From: an uncultured Thermoplasmata archaeon
GTDB lineage: Archaea; Thermoplasmatota; Thermoplasmata; RBG-16-68-12
Assembly (NCBI GenBank): GCA_963768855.1
Contig: CAVYJM010000006.1
Span: 384,001 to 448,000 of the forward strand
DNA length: 64,000 nucleotides
Reading direction: 5' to 3'
Made by a program: the position numbers and the translations under genes. Within the stretch, counting starts at the first letter, position 1. Each line of letters begins with the position of its first letter. Of the stretch, positions 48,972 to 58,800 are shown in pieces. The notes below the pieces were generated by a model. The model had not been told where the DNA came from. It did no database searches and worked only from the letters and a program-made list of their open reading frames with translations.

Positions 48972-49649
48972 ATGGTACGGGAAGGAAGAGAACGAAAGGG
49001 TTGGAGCGGGAGGCGCAAGGCCCTCGTCACCGCCGTGGCTGCTCTCCTTGCAGTCACCGCGATTGCGACGGCGGCCTACGCGAGCGGACCGAAGATGTCG
49101 ACGCTGGCCTTCCACGACGCGATGCGGAAGCTATGGGAAGACCACGTGACCTGGACGCGCCTGGCGATCGTAGACGTCGCCGCGGGCGCACCGGACACGC
49201 AACAGACCGTGGCACGGCTGCTGCAGAACCAGGTCGACATCGGGAATGCCGTGAAGCCGTTCTACGGCGACGCGGCGGGGAGCCAGCTCACGTCGCTGCT
49301 GACGACGCACATCGTGTTGGCGGCGAACATCCTCGTGGACGCGAAAGCGGGCGACACGACGGGCGTGAACGAGAACGTCACCGCGTGGTACGCGAACGCG
49401 AATGATATCGCAGCGTTTCTGAGCGGCGCGAACCCGAAGAACTGGCCCCTGGACGCGATGCAGTCCATGATGAAGACGCACCTGGACCTCACCCTGAAGG
49501 AGGGCGTCGCCCAGCTGACCGGGGACTATGCGACGAGCATCTCGACGTATGATCAGGTGCACTTGGAGATTCTCCAGATGGCGGACATGCTCAGTGCCGG
49601 GATCGTCGCCCAGTTCCCGAGCATGTTCAACGGTCCTCTCCCGATGTAG
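48972..49649 (+). CDS. Secreted helical His-rich protein (possibly ferritin-like)
   Basis: Signal-like N-terminus and LWEDHVTWTR...HIVL...HLDLT...HLEILQMAD. Confidence 0.7.
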   Translation: MVREGRERKGWSGRRKALVTAVAALLAVTAIATAAYASGPKMSTLAFHDAMRKLWEDHVTWTRLAIVDVAAGAPDTQQTVARLLQNQVDIGNAVKPFYGDAAGSQLTSLLTTHIVLAANILVDAKAGDTTGVNENVTAWYANANDIAAFLSGANPKNWPLDAMQSMMKTHLDLTLKEGVAQLTGDYATSISTYDQVHLEILQMADMLSAGIVAQFPSMFNGPLPM

Positions 49650-49771
49650 GGAGCGGACCGACTCATCTTTTTTCGGCTCTCTCTTTCATCCGGTTCGCCC
49701 GGCACCCATCCGTGTCAGCTGGCAAAGAGTCAAGTCTGACGAAGCTCTCGCAGGGCTCGAGCCGAGATACC

Positions 49772-50614
49772 ATGGCGACGAGCCTTGAAGGTCGCGTGTG
49801 CGTGGTGACGGGTCCGACCTCGGGGATCGGGAAGGAGACCGCGCACGGGCTCGCACGGCTCGGGGCCCAGCTGGTCCTCGCCTGCCGAGATGTGGCGAAG
49901 GGCGACGCGGTGCGTCAGGAGATCAACGCCGAGTCGGGAAACTCGCGCGTGGAGGTCCGGAAGATCGACCTCGCGGATCCTGTATCCATTCGCGCCTTTG
50001 CCGAGGATTTCCAGGCGACCCATACGCGACTCGATGTCCTCGTCAACAATGCAGGCGTCCTGTCGTTCGGTCGGCGGCTGACCCCGGCGGGTGTCGAGAG
50101 CCATTTTTCGGTCAACGTCCTGGCCCCGTTCCTGCTCACCAACCTCCTGCTCCCCGTCCTGAAGGCGAGCGCACCCTCCCGCGTCATCAACGTCGGCTCG
50201 GCGACCCATTTCAACGGTCACGTGGACTTCACCAATCTCCAGGGAGAACGAGACTTCCACTTCCTCCGCGCCTACAGCAGCTCCAAGCTCGAGATTCTCC
50301 TCCTCACGTACGAGTTGGCACGGAGGCTCCAAGCGACTGGAGTGACCGTGAACTGCGTCCATCCGGGCACGATCCGCACGGATCTCTACAACGGCCTTCC
50401 CGTGGCGTTCCGGTTTGTCAAGTTCTTTCTGCGGAGCCCGGCCATCGGGGCCGCGCCGATTGTTTGGCTCGCCTCGGCCCCGGAGGTCCGGGACGTCAGC
50501 GGCCGCTACTTCGATCGGCTCAAGGAGGCCCGTTCCGCCGAGGAATCCTACGACGTCGACCTCGCGAGGAAGCTCTGGTCCGTGTGCGAAGGTCTCGTCG
50601 GCGCGGTCGGCTGA
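49772..50614 (+). CDS. Short-chain dehydrogenase/reductase
   Basis: TGPTSGIG, LVNNAG, YSSSK and VHPG. Confidence 0.92.
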   Translation: MATSLEGRVCVVTGPTSGIGKETAHGLARLGAQLVLACRDVAKGDAVRQEINAESGNSRVEVRKIDLADPVSIRAFAEDFQATHTRLDVLVNNAGVLSFGRRLTPAGVESHFSVNVLAPFLLTNLLLPVLKASAPSRVINVGSATHFNGHVDFTNLQGERDFHFLRAYSSSKLEILLLTYELARRLQATGVTVNCVHPGTIRTDLYNGLPVAFRFVKFFLRSPAIGAAPIVWLASAPEVRDVSGRYFDRLKEARSAEESYDVDLARKLWSVCEGLVGAVG

Positions 50615-50635
50615 CCGTCGGTTCGCACGGGGTGC

Positions 50636-51865
50636 TCAGCGGAACCGCCGATGGCCGCGCTGGTCGCGTCTCCCCTGCCCCGGCGGGCGTCGCCCGCCCT
50701 CACGGCCGTGCACCTTCGGCGGAGGCGGTGCGCGGTAATCGAAGTCCGGGAGCGTCACGCGCGGAATGGTCTTCCCGAGGGCCTTCTCGATCCCGCGCAG
50801 ATCGCCCTCGTCCTCCGGGGTGACGAAGGTGATCGCCTCGCCTTCCGCCTCGACCCGGCCTGTCCTCCCGACGCGGTGGATGTAGTCCGTGGGGACCATC
50901 GGCACGTCGTAGTTGATCACATGGGTGATCCCTTCGACGTCCAGGCCTCGTGCCGCGACGTCCGTTGCGACCAGGATCTGGTGACGCCCACTCCGGAACC
51001 CCTCGAGGGCTGAGTCCCGCTGGCTCTGGCTGCGGTCCCCGTGGATCCGCGCAACGGGAAAGCCGGACGCCCCGAGCTGGCGAGCGACGCGGTCCGCGCG
51101 CCGCTTCGTGCGGACGAACACGAGCACGGACAGCATGTCCTCCCGGCCTAGGAGCTCCGCGAGCAGCGCGGTCTTCAGGTGCTGGGGCACCGGGTACACC
51201 TCATGCCGGATCTTCGGCGGCGGACGGTGCGGCGGCGACACGGCGATCCGCGCCGGGTCCTTCATGATACTGCGCGACAGGGACTCGATCTCTTGCTCCA
51301 TCGTCGCCGAGAACAGGAGGGTCTGCCGCTCCCGGGGCAGCGCGGAGATGATCCGGCGCACATCCGGCAGGAAGCCCATGTCGAGCATCCGGTCCGCCTC
51401 ATCGAGGACGAGCACCTGGAGCCCGCGGAAGTCCACGTTGCGGCGGTTCATGTGGTCCAGGAGGCGGCCGGGCGTGGCGATGACCACGTCGACGCCGCTG
51501 CGGAGGGCGTGCTCCTGGGGTGCCATCCCGACGCCGCCGTACACGGACTGCCCTCGGATCCGCGTCCCCTTCCCGAGCTGACGGAACGCCGCCTCGGTCT
51601 GGGCCGCGAGCTCGCGGGTCGGAGAGAGGATGAGCGCGCGGGTCTTGCCCGAGGGCTGCTTCATCAATCGCTGGAGGATCGGAAGGACGAACGCGGCGGT
51701 CTTGCCCGAGCCCGTCTGGGCCGTTCCGATGACGTCCCGACCCTTGAGGATCGCGGGAATGGCCTCCCGCTGGATCGGCGTCGGGGCCTCGTAGCCCATC
51801 GCGTACACGGCCTTGAGGAGGACGGACTCGAGGCCGAGGTGGTCGAACGCTGCCTTATCTTGCAT
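50636..51865 (-). CDS. DEAD-box RNA helicase (RhlE-like)
   Basis: Q motif, AQTGSGKT, PTRELA, DEAD, SAT and HRVGRTGR. Confidence 0.95.
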   Translation of the reverse strand: MQDKAAFDHLGLESVLLKAVYAMGYEAPTPIQREAIPAILKGRDVIGTAQTGSGKTAAFVLPILQRLMKQPSGKTRALILSPTRELAAQTEAAFRQLGKGTRIRGQSVYGGVGMAPQEHALRSGVDVVIATPGRLLDHMNRRNVDFRGLQVLVLDEADRMLDMGFLPDVRRIISALPRERQTLLFSATMEQEIESLSRSIMKDPARIAVSPPHRPPPKIRHEVYPVPQHLKTALLAELLGREDMLSVLVFVRTKRRADRVARQLGASGFPVARIHGDRSQSQRDSALEGFRSGRHQILVATDVAARGLDVEGITHVINYDVPMVPTDYIHRVGRTGRVEAEGEAITFVTPEDEGDLRGIEKALGKTIPRVTLPDFDYRAPPPPKVHGREGGRRPPGQGRRDQRGHRRFR

Positions 51866-51953
51866 CGGCTGCGGTAGGTCGTCCCTCTCTTAAGGGTATG
51901 TCTGGGATGTCGCCGCCGGGTCCTCGCGAGGCAGCGGACTTCGTGGAGCCCGC

Positions 51954-52415
51954 TCAAAGGGGATACTTCAGCTTGGGCCCCGTGAACGTGAACCCTTGCT
52001 TTTCATAGAACTGGCGGGACCGGGCCCACCGCGGATCTTCCGGCGCCGTGACGTCAATCCGGGTCCACCCCCTCTCCCGGCCGTACTCCTTGACGGCGTC
52101 CACGAGGCGGGCTCCGATGCCCTCCGACCGCGACGCGGGCGCGACGTACATCTCGTCGATGACCCCGTAGTTGCCGTTCGCGTAGATGGCGAACGTCTCC
52201 GTCAATGTGAGGACGCCCACGATGGAGCCGCGTTCATCCGTCGCGACGAAGGCCTGGAATCGATCCCCCATTTCCCTCCACGCCTGGAGGACCTTCGTCT
52301 CGTCGAGGCGACCGAGGTCCTCCGCCTCGTCGCCCAACTCCACGAGGAGCCGCGTGACCCAGTCAAACACGATGGGTGCCTGCTCGATTGTGTATCGCTC
52401 GATGTGGATGGCCAA
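51954..52415 (-). CDS. GNAT-family N-acetyltransferase
   Basis: MYVAPASRSEGIGARL...FYEKQGF. Confidence 0.85.
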   Translation of the reverse strand: MAIHIERYTIEQAPIVFDWVTRLLVELGDEAEDLGRLDETKVLQAWREMGDRFQAFVATDERGSIVGVLTLTETFAIYANGNYGVIDEMYVAPASRSEGIGARLVDAVKEYGRERGWTRIDVTAPEDPRWARSRQFYEKQGFTFTGPKLKYPL

Positions 52416-52565
52416 GTCCGCAGGTCTCTCTCGCCGGAACGGGGTTCGCTGCCTTAAAGCTGCAAGGGGGATTCCGACCGGAGGCAAGGCCCGACCGATA
52501 GGGGCCCCGCCATCGGGAAAAGGGTTATCCACGGCGCGTCCGTCGCCCTCGCTGGACGGAGGGCG

Positions 52566-52880
52566 ATGCCCGCGAAGAAGTCGGTAAGTCCCAAGATCGT
52601 CGTCGAGAACGTGAACGTCCCAGGCTACACGGTCTCGGTGGACGCGGCTCATTATGAGTCGATGAAGAAGGTCCTCCTCCGGATCCTCCCGAAGGAAGGC
52701 CCCGGGCTTACACAGGCTGAGATGTTCGCCAAGGCGGCCGCCGCCGCGGATCCGGAGTTGTTCCCGGCTCCAGGCAAGGTGGGGTGGTGGGTGAAGTGCG
52801 TCCACCTGGACCTCGAGGCGAAGGGCTTGGTTGCGCGGGACAAGAGCGCAAAGCCGCTGCGCTGGCGACGGCTCAGGTAG
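52566..52880 (+). CDS. Small conserved hypothetical protein (DUF6958-like)
   Basis: GWWVKCVHLDLEAKG motif. Confidence 0.7.
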   Translation: MPAKKSVSPKIVVENVNVPGYTVSVDAAHYESMKKVLLRILPKEGPGLTQAEMFAKAAAAADPELFPAPGKVGWWVKCVHLDLEAKGLVARDKSAKPLRWRRLR

Positions 52881-52892
52881 CGATGCGCGCAC

Positions 52893-53087
52893 CTATTCCG
52901 GCCTAGGCGCGACCTTCTTCTCGTGAAGCTTGAGGCGGCCCGGGGCGGAGGACGTCTCGGACGTGTCGACGACGATCTGCTCGAGGTGATCTTTGAGGTA
53001 CTTCGCGCTCGAGGTCTCCGATTCGCCGCTCATCCCGTCATTTGTATCCGCGGCCCCGTATAAAGGCTTGTCCACCGGATCAGCCAC
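52893..53087 (-). CDS. Possible 64-aa hypothetical protein
   Basis: The GTG start overlaps the stop of the upstream gene. No recognisable motif. Confidence 0.3.
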   Translation of the reverse strand: MADPVDKPLYGAADTNDGMSGESETSSAKYLKDHLEQIVVDTSETSSAPGRLKLHEKKVAPRPE

Positions 53088-53988
53088 CGAGGACGAACCA
53101 CCGGAGCCACGCGATCGCCGCGACGGCGAAGACGGGCAGGAGGAGCTTCAGGTACCGGGAAGCCCAGGCGTTGCGTAACCCGAGGAGGAGGCCTGCCGAG
53201 GTCGCGGACAACCCGCCCGCGATTGCGAGCATCTCCTTCACCGTCGTGGCCCACGCACCGGCCGCGAAGGAGGTCGCGAAGACCCAGACGCCTCCAATCG
53301 CCGCGAGGAACAGCCAGCTGGTCAGGATGAGCTCCTCCATGGGGGTCGGGCCCATGTGATAGTTCGCCCGCCACACGTAGGGCTCGTCCCCGGGCGGAGG
53401 CAGGTACGCGTTGAAGTGGTAGTCGATGTCCTGCGGGGGCGTCGCATGGTAGTGCTCCCGGCTCCGCACGGTCTCGTCGTCCAGCTCGACCTCGAGCTGC
53501 GTGTCCGGAGGCGCATTCACGGCGACGTGGATCCCGTACGGCTGGCCGACATGCCGCACGTGGGCGATGTGATACGACGGGAGGGTCAGGGCCCGCAGGA
53601 GGAGGTACCGCGGCTTCTCGCCGTCCGTGTGGACGAGCCGCAGGGTCCGCATCTCCCCGGGGCCGAGGGGCGCGTCCTTCGGGAGGACGATGCTGATCCG
53701 GTACTGCGGGTGCGGAGTCGACGCCACCGCACGCTCGTACGCTGCGGGGCTCTCCTTCTTCACCTCCTGGAGCGCCTGTTCGACCTCGCGATTCGGGAGG
53801 TAGTTGAGTTCCCTCCCGTTCTCGTCGAGGACCTGCAGGTTCGCGAGGAAGGCGTTCAGCGGGAGGAAGATCTGGAAGAGCTCGTCGGGCCCACTGTTCC
53901 GGACCGTGTACTCGAGTGTGATGGAGCGGACGTCCGGGGCGACGTGGTCGAAGATCCAGCGCTCGCGGACGAGGTCGACCTGGCTCAT
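53080..53988 (-). CDS. Hypothetical protein with a beta-rich N-domain and two C-terminal TM helices
   Basis: 302-aa ORF with host-like codon use. Confidence 0.7.
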   Translation of the reverse strand: MSQVDLVRERWIFDHVAPDVRSITLEYTVRNSGPDELFQIFLPLNAFLANLQVLDENGRELNYLPNREVEQALQEVKKESPAAYERAVASTPHPQYRISIVLPKDAPLGPGEMRTLRLVHTDGEKPRYLLLRALTLPSYHIAHVRHVGQPYGIHVAVNAPPDTQLEVELDDETVRSREHYHATPPQDIDYHFNAYLPPPGDEPYVWRANYHMGPTPMEELILTSWLFLAAIGGVWVFATSFAAGAWATTVKEMLAIAGGLSATSAGLLLGLRNAWASRYLKLLLPVFAVAAIAWLRWFVLGG

Positions 53989-54137
53989 TGGCGGGTACGA
54001 GGTCCAGTCGCTGGCATATTCCTTTCGGAGGGGGGTCGGCGAATGGCGGTGTGAGGGCGGCCGAAACCGTCGCCTGCGTGGCGTCCCAAAAGACTATGCT
54101 TGAACTCGGCTCCTTCGGGCCGCGGAAGAGGGCGGCC

Positions 54138-54830
54138 GTGGTCGTGTCTAAGGGGACGTCGCATGCGGATCGCGCGCCGGTCCCGCGCCGTCGCGTCTCC
54201 GCCATCGTATTGGCGGCGGGGACCTCGTCGCGGATGCGGGAGTCCAAGCCGCTAGTGAGACAGGCAGGTCGCCCGCTCCTGGTGCACGTCCTCGAAGGTC
54301 TCCGGAAGAGTTCCGTGCGCGAGATTGTCGTCGTCCTCGGAGCCGAGGCCGACCGTGTCCGTCGCGAGATCCCATTGGACGCGATGCGCGTGGTCGAAAA
54401 TCCGGACTACGCACAGGGGATGAGCACCTCGATCCGTGCTGGGCTGCGCGCAGCCGACCCGGCCGCGGAGGGGTTCCTGATCGTCCTCGGGGATCAGCCC
54501 TTCGTGGCGGCGTCCACAATCGACGCGCTCCTTGGGGGCCCGGCCGAGCGCGAGGCGAGAATCTGGATTCCGACCTATCACGGGGTCCGCGGGAACCCGG
54601 TCCTCTTCGACCGCTCCCTTTCGAGGGAGATGGAGTCGGTTCGTGGCGACACCGGATGCCGCGGCATCATCGAAGTCCATCCCCGCGAGGTCGTCGAGGT
54701 CTCCGTCGGGGACCCGGGCATCTTGATCGATGTCGACACCCCGGAGGACCTTCGGCGGATCGAGGCGGCTCTGGACCACGGTGGCTCCCTCGAGGCCTTG
54801 GCGGAGGAGCGTGTGCGAGCGACACGTTGA
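54138..54830 (+). CDS. MocA/MobA-like nucleotidyltransferase
   Basis: IVLAAGTSSRM, GMSTSI, LGDQP, GNPVLF and DVDTPEDL. Start uncertain. Confidence 0.88.
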   Translation: MVVSKGTSHADRAPVPRRRVSAIVLAAGTSSRMRESKPLVRQAGRPLLVHVLEGLRKSSVREIVVVLGAEADRVRREIPLDAMRVVENPDYAQGMSTSIRAGLRAADPAAEGFLIVLGDQPFVAASTIDALLGGPAEREARIWIPTYHGVRGNPVLFDRSLSREMESVRGDTGCRGIIEVHPREVVEVSVGDPGILIDVDTPEDLRRIEAALDHGGSLEALAEERVRATR

Positions 54831-54873
54831 CGGCTCGCAGACGGCGGTCGGCCCTCCCGACCCGTGCCGCGGC

Positions 54874-55314
54874 TCACACCTGCTCGAGCCTCTTGCGCGC
54901 GTTCTCGAAGAAGGCGTTCGTCTTCTTGTCGATCGTTCCCTGGAGCAGGCGCGCCCCCATGCTCGCGATCGTCCCGCTCATCAGGACGTTCGCCTTCCAG
55001 CGCACGGTGCTGACCCCTTCGTCCTCAGATACCTCGAGGGTCGCATCGATGTCGAACCCGCTACCCATCCCCGAACCGTGCACGCGGAGTCGGGCGCGCC
55101 CCGGCGGTGATCGTTCCGCGACCGTCGCGGACCAGTTGAAGGTTCCCTTGATGAGCCCGATACCTGCGCGGATCGTCCCCTTGAAGTGGTCCTCGTCCTC
55201 GACCTCGATCGTGTGCGGGTCGTCGACGCACGCGGAGAGGTCCTTGGGGTTCAGGAAGAAGGCGAACGCGCGGTCCCGCGGGCCCTTCACGCTGAACGTC
55301 CCCTCGTACTGCGT
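54874..55314 (-). CDS. CoxG-like SRPBCC protein, apparent ACG start
   Basis: (T)QYEGTFSV...P..LSACV...IASMGARLL...FF.N. Confidence 0.8.
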   Translation of the reverse strand, partial: TQYEGTFSVKGPRDRAFAFFLNPKDLSACVDDPHTIEVEDEDHFKGTIRAGIGLIKGTFNWSATVAERSPPGRARLRVHGSGMGSGFDIDATLEVSEDEGVSTVRWKANVLMSGTIASMGARLLQGTIDKKTNAFFENARKRLEQV

Positions 55315-55584
55315 GGTCCTCCCTCGTCGGCCCGAGCCAGGACCGGGCTATGACCGGTTCGGCTAAAACGCTTTCCAGACATAGGATCCATCGAGGGATG
55401 CTGTTGCGGGAGAGGCTCGGCTGCCGTCTCGACTTCGCCGCGTCCCGGGCTCTCGGGCCCACTCCGTCTCCTGCGGAGCACGACCGCCGTTCACATTGCC
55501 ACCGCCTCTGGAGCTCCACCGCCAACCGGATGAGCGGCTCGGGCACCTGCGCCGGGCGAATCAGGCCGCGCGTCTCTCCGATTG

Positions 55585-55905
55585 CTACGCGGCACCCTTC
55601 TTCGCGGCTTCCTGCGCCTTCTTCCCCCGCTCCTTCGCGGTGTAGCCGGTCGCGGCCTCGAGGAATCGGTTGTTCCGGGAGATCGTCTCGGTGGCCTGCG
55701 CATCCGGGACGCCCGTCTTCATGACGAAGTCGACAAAGAGCTGCTTGCCGTCCGTCCACGCGGTGAGCCTCTCGATCGCCCCGAACGACGAAACGACCTT
55801 CCCATCCTCCACGGTCGCCGAGCCGAAGGCCGTTTCGGCCAGAACGCGGAGCTTGTCGCCCTCGAGGTTCTTCCCATGGCCGCGTCGCAACTCGTAGGCC
55901 CGCAT
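55585..55905 (-). CDS. Small archaeal conserved protein (DUF5611-like)
   Basis: Y.LRRG...SFGAI...NRFLEAATGYTAKER. Confidence 0.7.
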   Translation of the reverse strand: MRAYELRRGHGKNLEGDKLRVLAETAFGSATVEDGKVVSSFGAIERLTAWTDGKQLFVDFVMKTGVPDAQATETISRNNRFLEAATGYTAKERGKKAQEAAKKGAA

Positions 55906-55962
55906 CGGACGGCGGGGAGCGGGAGGCGGCCTATGAATCTTGCGCCGTGGTTCTCCGCCCGC

Positions 55963-56703
55963 TCACTTCTCCCGCCATTGCGCCTTGAACATCGCGAGGA
56001 GCATGAACGCGGCCGTGAAGGCGACGAGGACGGCCGCGCTCCCGAGCCAGTTCACGTCGTTCGTGATCCCGAGGGCGCCCTGGATCAGCTGAGAAGCGTC
56101 TGCGGTCGGGGCCAGGTAGCCGAGCCACCGGAGGTTCTCTGGAATCAAGTTGATGGGGTAGTAGACCGGCGGCAGGACGGAGAGGACGAGGGAGAGGAGC
56201 GGGGCGATTGCGAACGTCTCGCGGATGTCCCGGAGGTACGTCGCCAGAAAGAAGCCAAGGGAGCAGCCCAGGGCCCAGATGAGGAGGAGAGTCGCCAGGA
56301 TGATCGGCAGTCCGAGGATTCCGGGGGCCTGCGTCGCGTATCCGACGAAGAGGAAAGCGACGATCCCCGGGGTCGCGAAGGCGAGTTCGGAGAGCGCCAT
56401 TCCGAGCACATACGTGGACGCGCGCATCGGCGAGGCGACGACCATGTCCTGGAGTTTCAGGTCCACGCGGAAGTGGGTCATGTCCGCTTGAAGACTCGTG
56501 CCGATGGAGAAGGTCGTGAGCACCAAGCCACCTGCCACCCCGAGGCCCACGAACCTGCCCTGGCTCACGATGTAGATGAAGAAGAGGAAAGAGAACGGCG
56601 CGCCCAGCGTGTTCACGAGGTAGAGGGGCATCCGTTTCACGGGGATGATCCCGTTGAGCACGATCAGGCCCCACGACGCACGGAGCTGCGTCCGCAGGCT
56701 CAC
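55963..56703 (-). CDS. ABC-2 type transporter permease
   Basis: About 6 TM helices with PPVYYP and YLAPT. Confidence 0.85.
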   Translation of the reverse strand: MSLRTQLRASWGLIVLNGIIPVKRMPLYLVNTLGAPFSFLFFIYIVSQGRFVGLGVAGGLVLTTFSIGTSLQADMTHFRVDLKLQDMVVASPMRASTYVLGMALSELAFATPGIVAFLFVGYATQAPGILGLPIILATLLLIWALGCSLGFFLATYLRDIRETFAIAPLLSLVLSVLPPVYYPINLIPENLRWLGYLAPTADASQLIQGALGITNDVNWLGSAAVLVAFTAAFMLLAMFKAQWREK

Positions 56704-57647
56704 GCTTCCACCTCCTCGTCCTCATCCACGGGCTCCTCGTCGACCGTACCGCCGACGAGCTGCACGAAGAGGTCTTCCAGGGTCACAGGACCGGCGACCG
56801 CCCGGACACTCTTCGCCAGGGCGAGGCGCGTGAGGTCCTCCGCGCCGCGGCGGTCCGTGAAGACGATCTGCGAGTCTCCGATCGCCGCAGCGTCCCCGTA
56901 CGACTCGAGCTCTCCCGTCACGAAGCCGCGCCCCGTGAGGGCGACTCGGTACGGCCAGCGCACTCGCGCGACGAGCTCGTCCAGGGTGCCAAGTGCGAGC
57001 ACCTTCCCCTCGTTGAGGATTGCGATGCGCTTGCTCAGGAGCTCCGCCTCCTCGAGGTAATGCGTCGTCAGCAGGACCGTGCGTCCCTCCTTCGCGGCCT
57101 CCTGGACCGCGGCCCACACCTCCCGACGGGCAAGCGGGTCGAGCCCGGTCGTGGGCTCGTCGAGGAAGAGAAGCTCGGCGCCCGAGGCGAGGGCCATGGC
57201 GACGAGCACGCGCCGGCGCAGCCCGCCGGACTGCTTCCAGAGGACCGTGTCCTTTCCCTTGGCCAGCCCGAGCCGTTCGAGTGTCTCGAGCGCTCGTCTG
57301 CGCGCCTCAGAGGATGGAAGGCCCCGCAGGGTCAGATAATAGTAGACGTGCTCGTACGGGGTTGCATAGAAGAAGGGCCGCGCCTCCTGCGGGATCACGG
57401 CGACGAGATCGCGGACCGCGTTGGGCTGCGCGACCGCGTCATGGCCGAGCACCTCGATGCGCCCTGACGTCGGGAGGAGCTGGGTGCCCGCGATCCGGAG
57501 GAAGGTCGTCTTCCCCGCCCCGTTGCGGCCGATGAGCCCGAAGATCTCCCCCTTCCCGACCTCGAGGGTCACCCGGTCGAGGGCCCGCTTTCCCTTGCTG
57601 CCCTTGTACTCCTTCGTGAGGTCACGCGCGGCGATCGCGGCGGGCAC
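56700..57647 (-). CDS. ABC transporter ATP-binding protein
   Basis: GRNGAGKTT, SGGLRRR, LDEPTTGLD and TTHY. Confidence 0.93.
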   Translation of the reverse strand: MPAAIAARDLTKEYKGSKGKRALDRVTLEVGKGEIFGLIGRNGAGKTTFLRIAGTQLLPTSGRIEVLGHDAVAQPNAVRDLVAVIPQEARPFFYATPYEHVYYYLTLRGLPSSEARRRALETLERLGLAKGKDTVLWKQSGGLRRRVLVAMALASGAELLFLDEPTTGLDPLARREVWAAVQEAAKEGRTVLLTTHYLEEAELLSKRIAILNEGKVLALGTLDELVARVRWPYRVALTGRGFVTGELESYGDAAAIGDSQIVFTDRRGAEDLTRLALAKSVRAVAGPVTLEDLFVQLVGGTVDEEPVDEDEEVEA

Positions 57648-57721
57648 GGCGCGGGTGAAGCCACGCGCCGCTTAAGGCCGTTTGGGCGGGGACGCCGTGC
57701 CGGTTGCCTCCGTCCTCGGTC

Positions 57722-58699
57722 TCAGGCTGAGGACTCGAGCCTTGCGAGGACCCGCATGGCCCGTCACGTGATCATCTTGCTCGGCTCCCCCACCTTGTCG
57801 AGGGCGAACGGGGTGGGCGCGTCCTTCGGATGCTTGCGGTACCATTCGGCCGGGGCTCCCTCCAGGTCGGGGTGGACCGCGTCGAGGTTCCAGCGGCCAT
57901 CGGACCGCCGTTTCTTCTTGAGGACGCCGACGGCGTGCTTCAGCCTCGGATCGTCCGTGTAGCCGAGGGCGGTCATGAAGTCTAGGCCCACGAGGAGATC
58001 GTAGTAGTAGTGGACCGGATAGTGGAAGCGGTACCAGGGTTCGTAGTGGTCCCCCTGGATGTGGAGCTCCCGCTGGAGGAAGAACTCGGCAGCTTGGTCG
58101 ACCGTGCGCTGCATCGCGGCGGTCCACTTCGGGCGCGGATAGACGGCGAAGGCGCTCATCGGCTCCCAGGAATCGAGGTTCCGCCCGCCGCCGAAGCAAC
58201 TCCATCCCCCAAGGTGGCTCGCGTTCTTCACCATCCACTCGAACGCGCTCTGCACTTTGGGGTGGTCCGCATAACCGAAGAGCACGAGCGCGCGGGCCGT
58301 GTTGCCAACGACGCACAGATGGCTCCGGGTGGATCCGTCCATGCCGAATCCGCCGTCCTCCTTGGCGAAGCGGTCGATCCACAGCCGGCACGCCTTCGCG
58401 ATCCGCGGGTCCTCCTTGGTCGTCCCGAGGTCGGCCAGGATGAGCAGCATCCAGTTCGCCGAGAGATACTTCGGCCGGTAGAGGCTCTTCTCGCCGACCC
58501 ACCACCCTTTCGGATCCTGCTTCGCGAGGATTTCCGCGGCCCAGCCCTCCTCCGGGATCCGCGCCTTGGCGGACTGGACGTCGGCGTCCCCTTCCGGCCG
58601 CTCGAGCAGCTGGGTCAGGGTCAGGTATCGGATGGAGGGCTGGCTTTCCTCCAGCAACCAATCGCGGGCCTTCTTGTCTTTCGCCGCCTCGGTTGCCAT
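57722..58699 (-). CDS. Prenyltransferase/squalene cyclase-like alpha-barrel protein; in-frame TGA at 57764-57766
   Basis: WLLEESQPSIRY, QDPKGWW, EDGGF and YYYDLL. The terminal helix RAMRVL continues in frame after the TGA. Confidence 0.75.
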
Positions 58700-58800
58700 G
58701 GTTCTCCCGCCGGTCCCAACCCCGCATCGTTCCTAAACTTGTGGGAGGGGTCCCGAAATGCGGCCGATCAAATGGCCGCGCGAGCCCGGTCCGGATGCGG

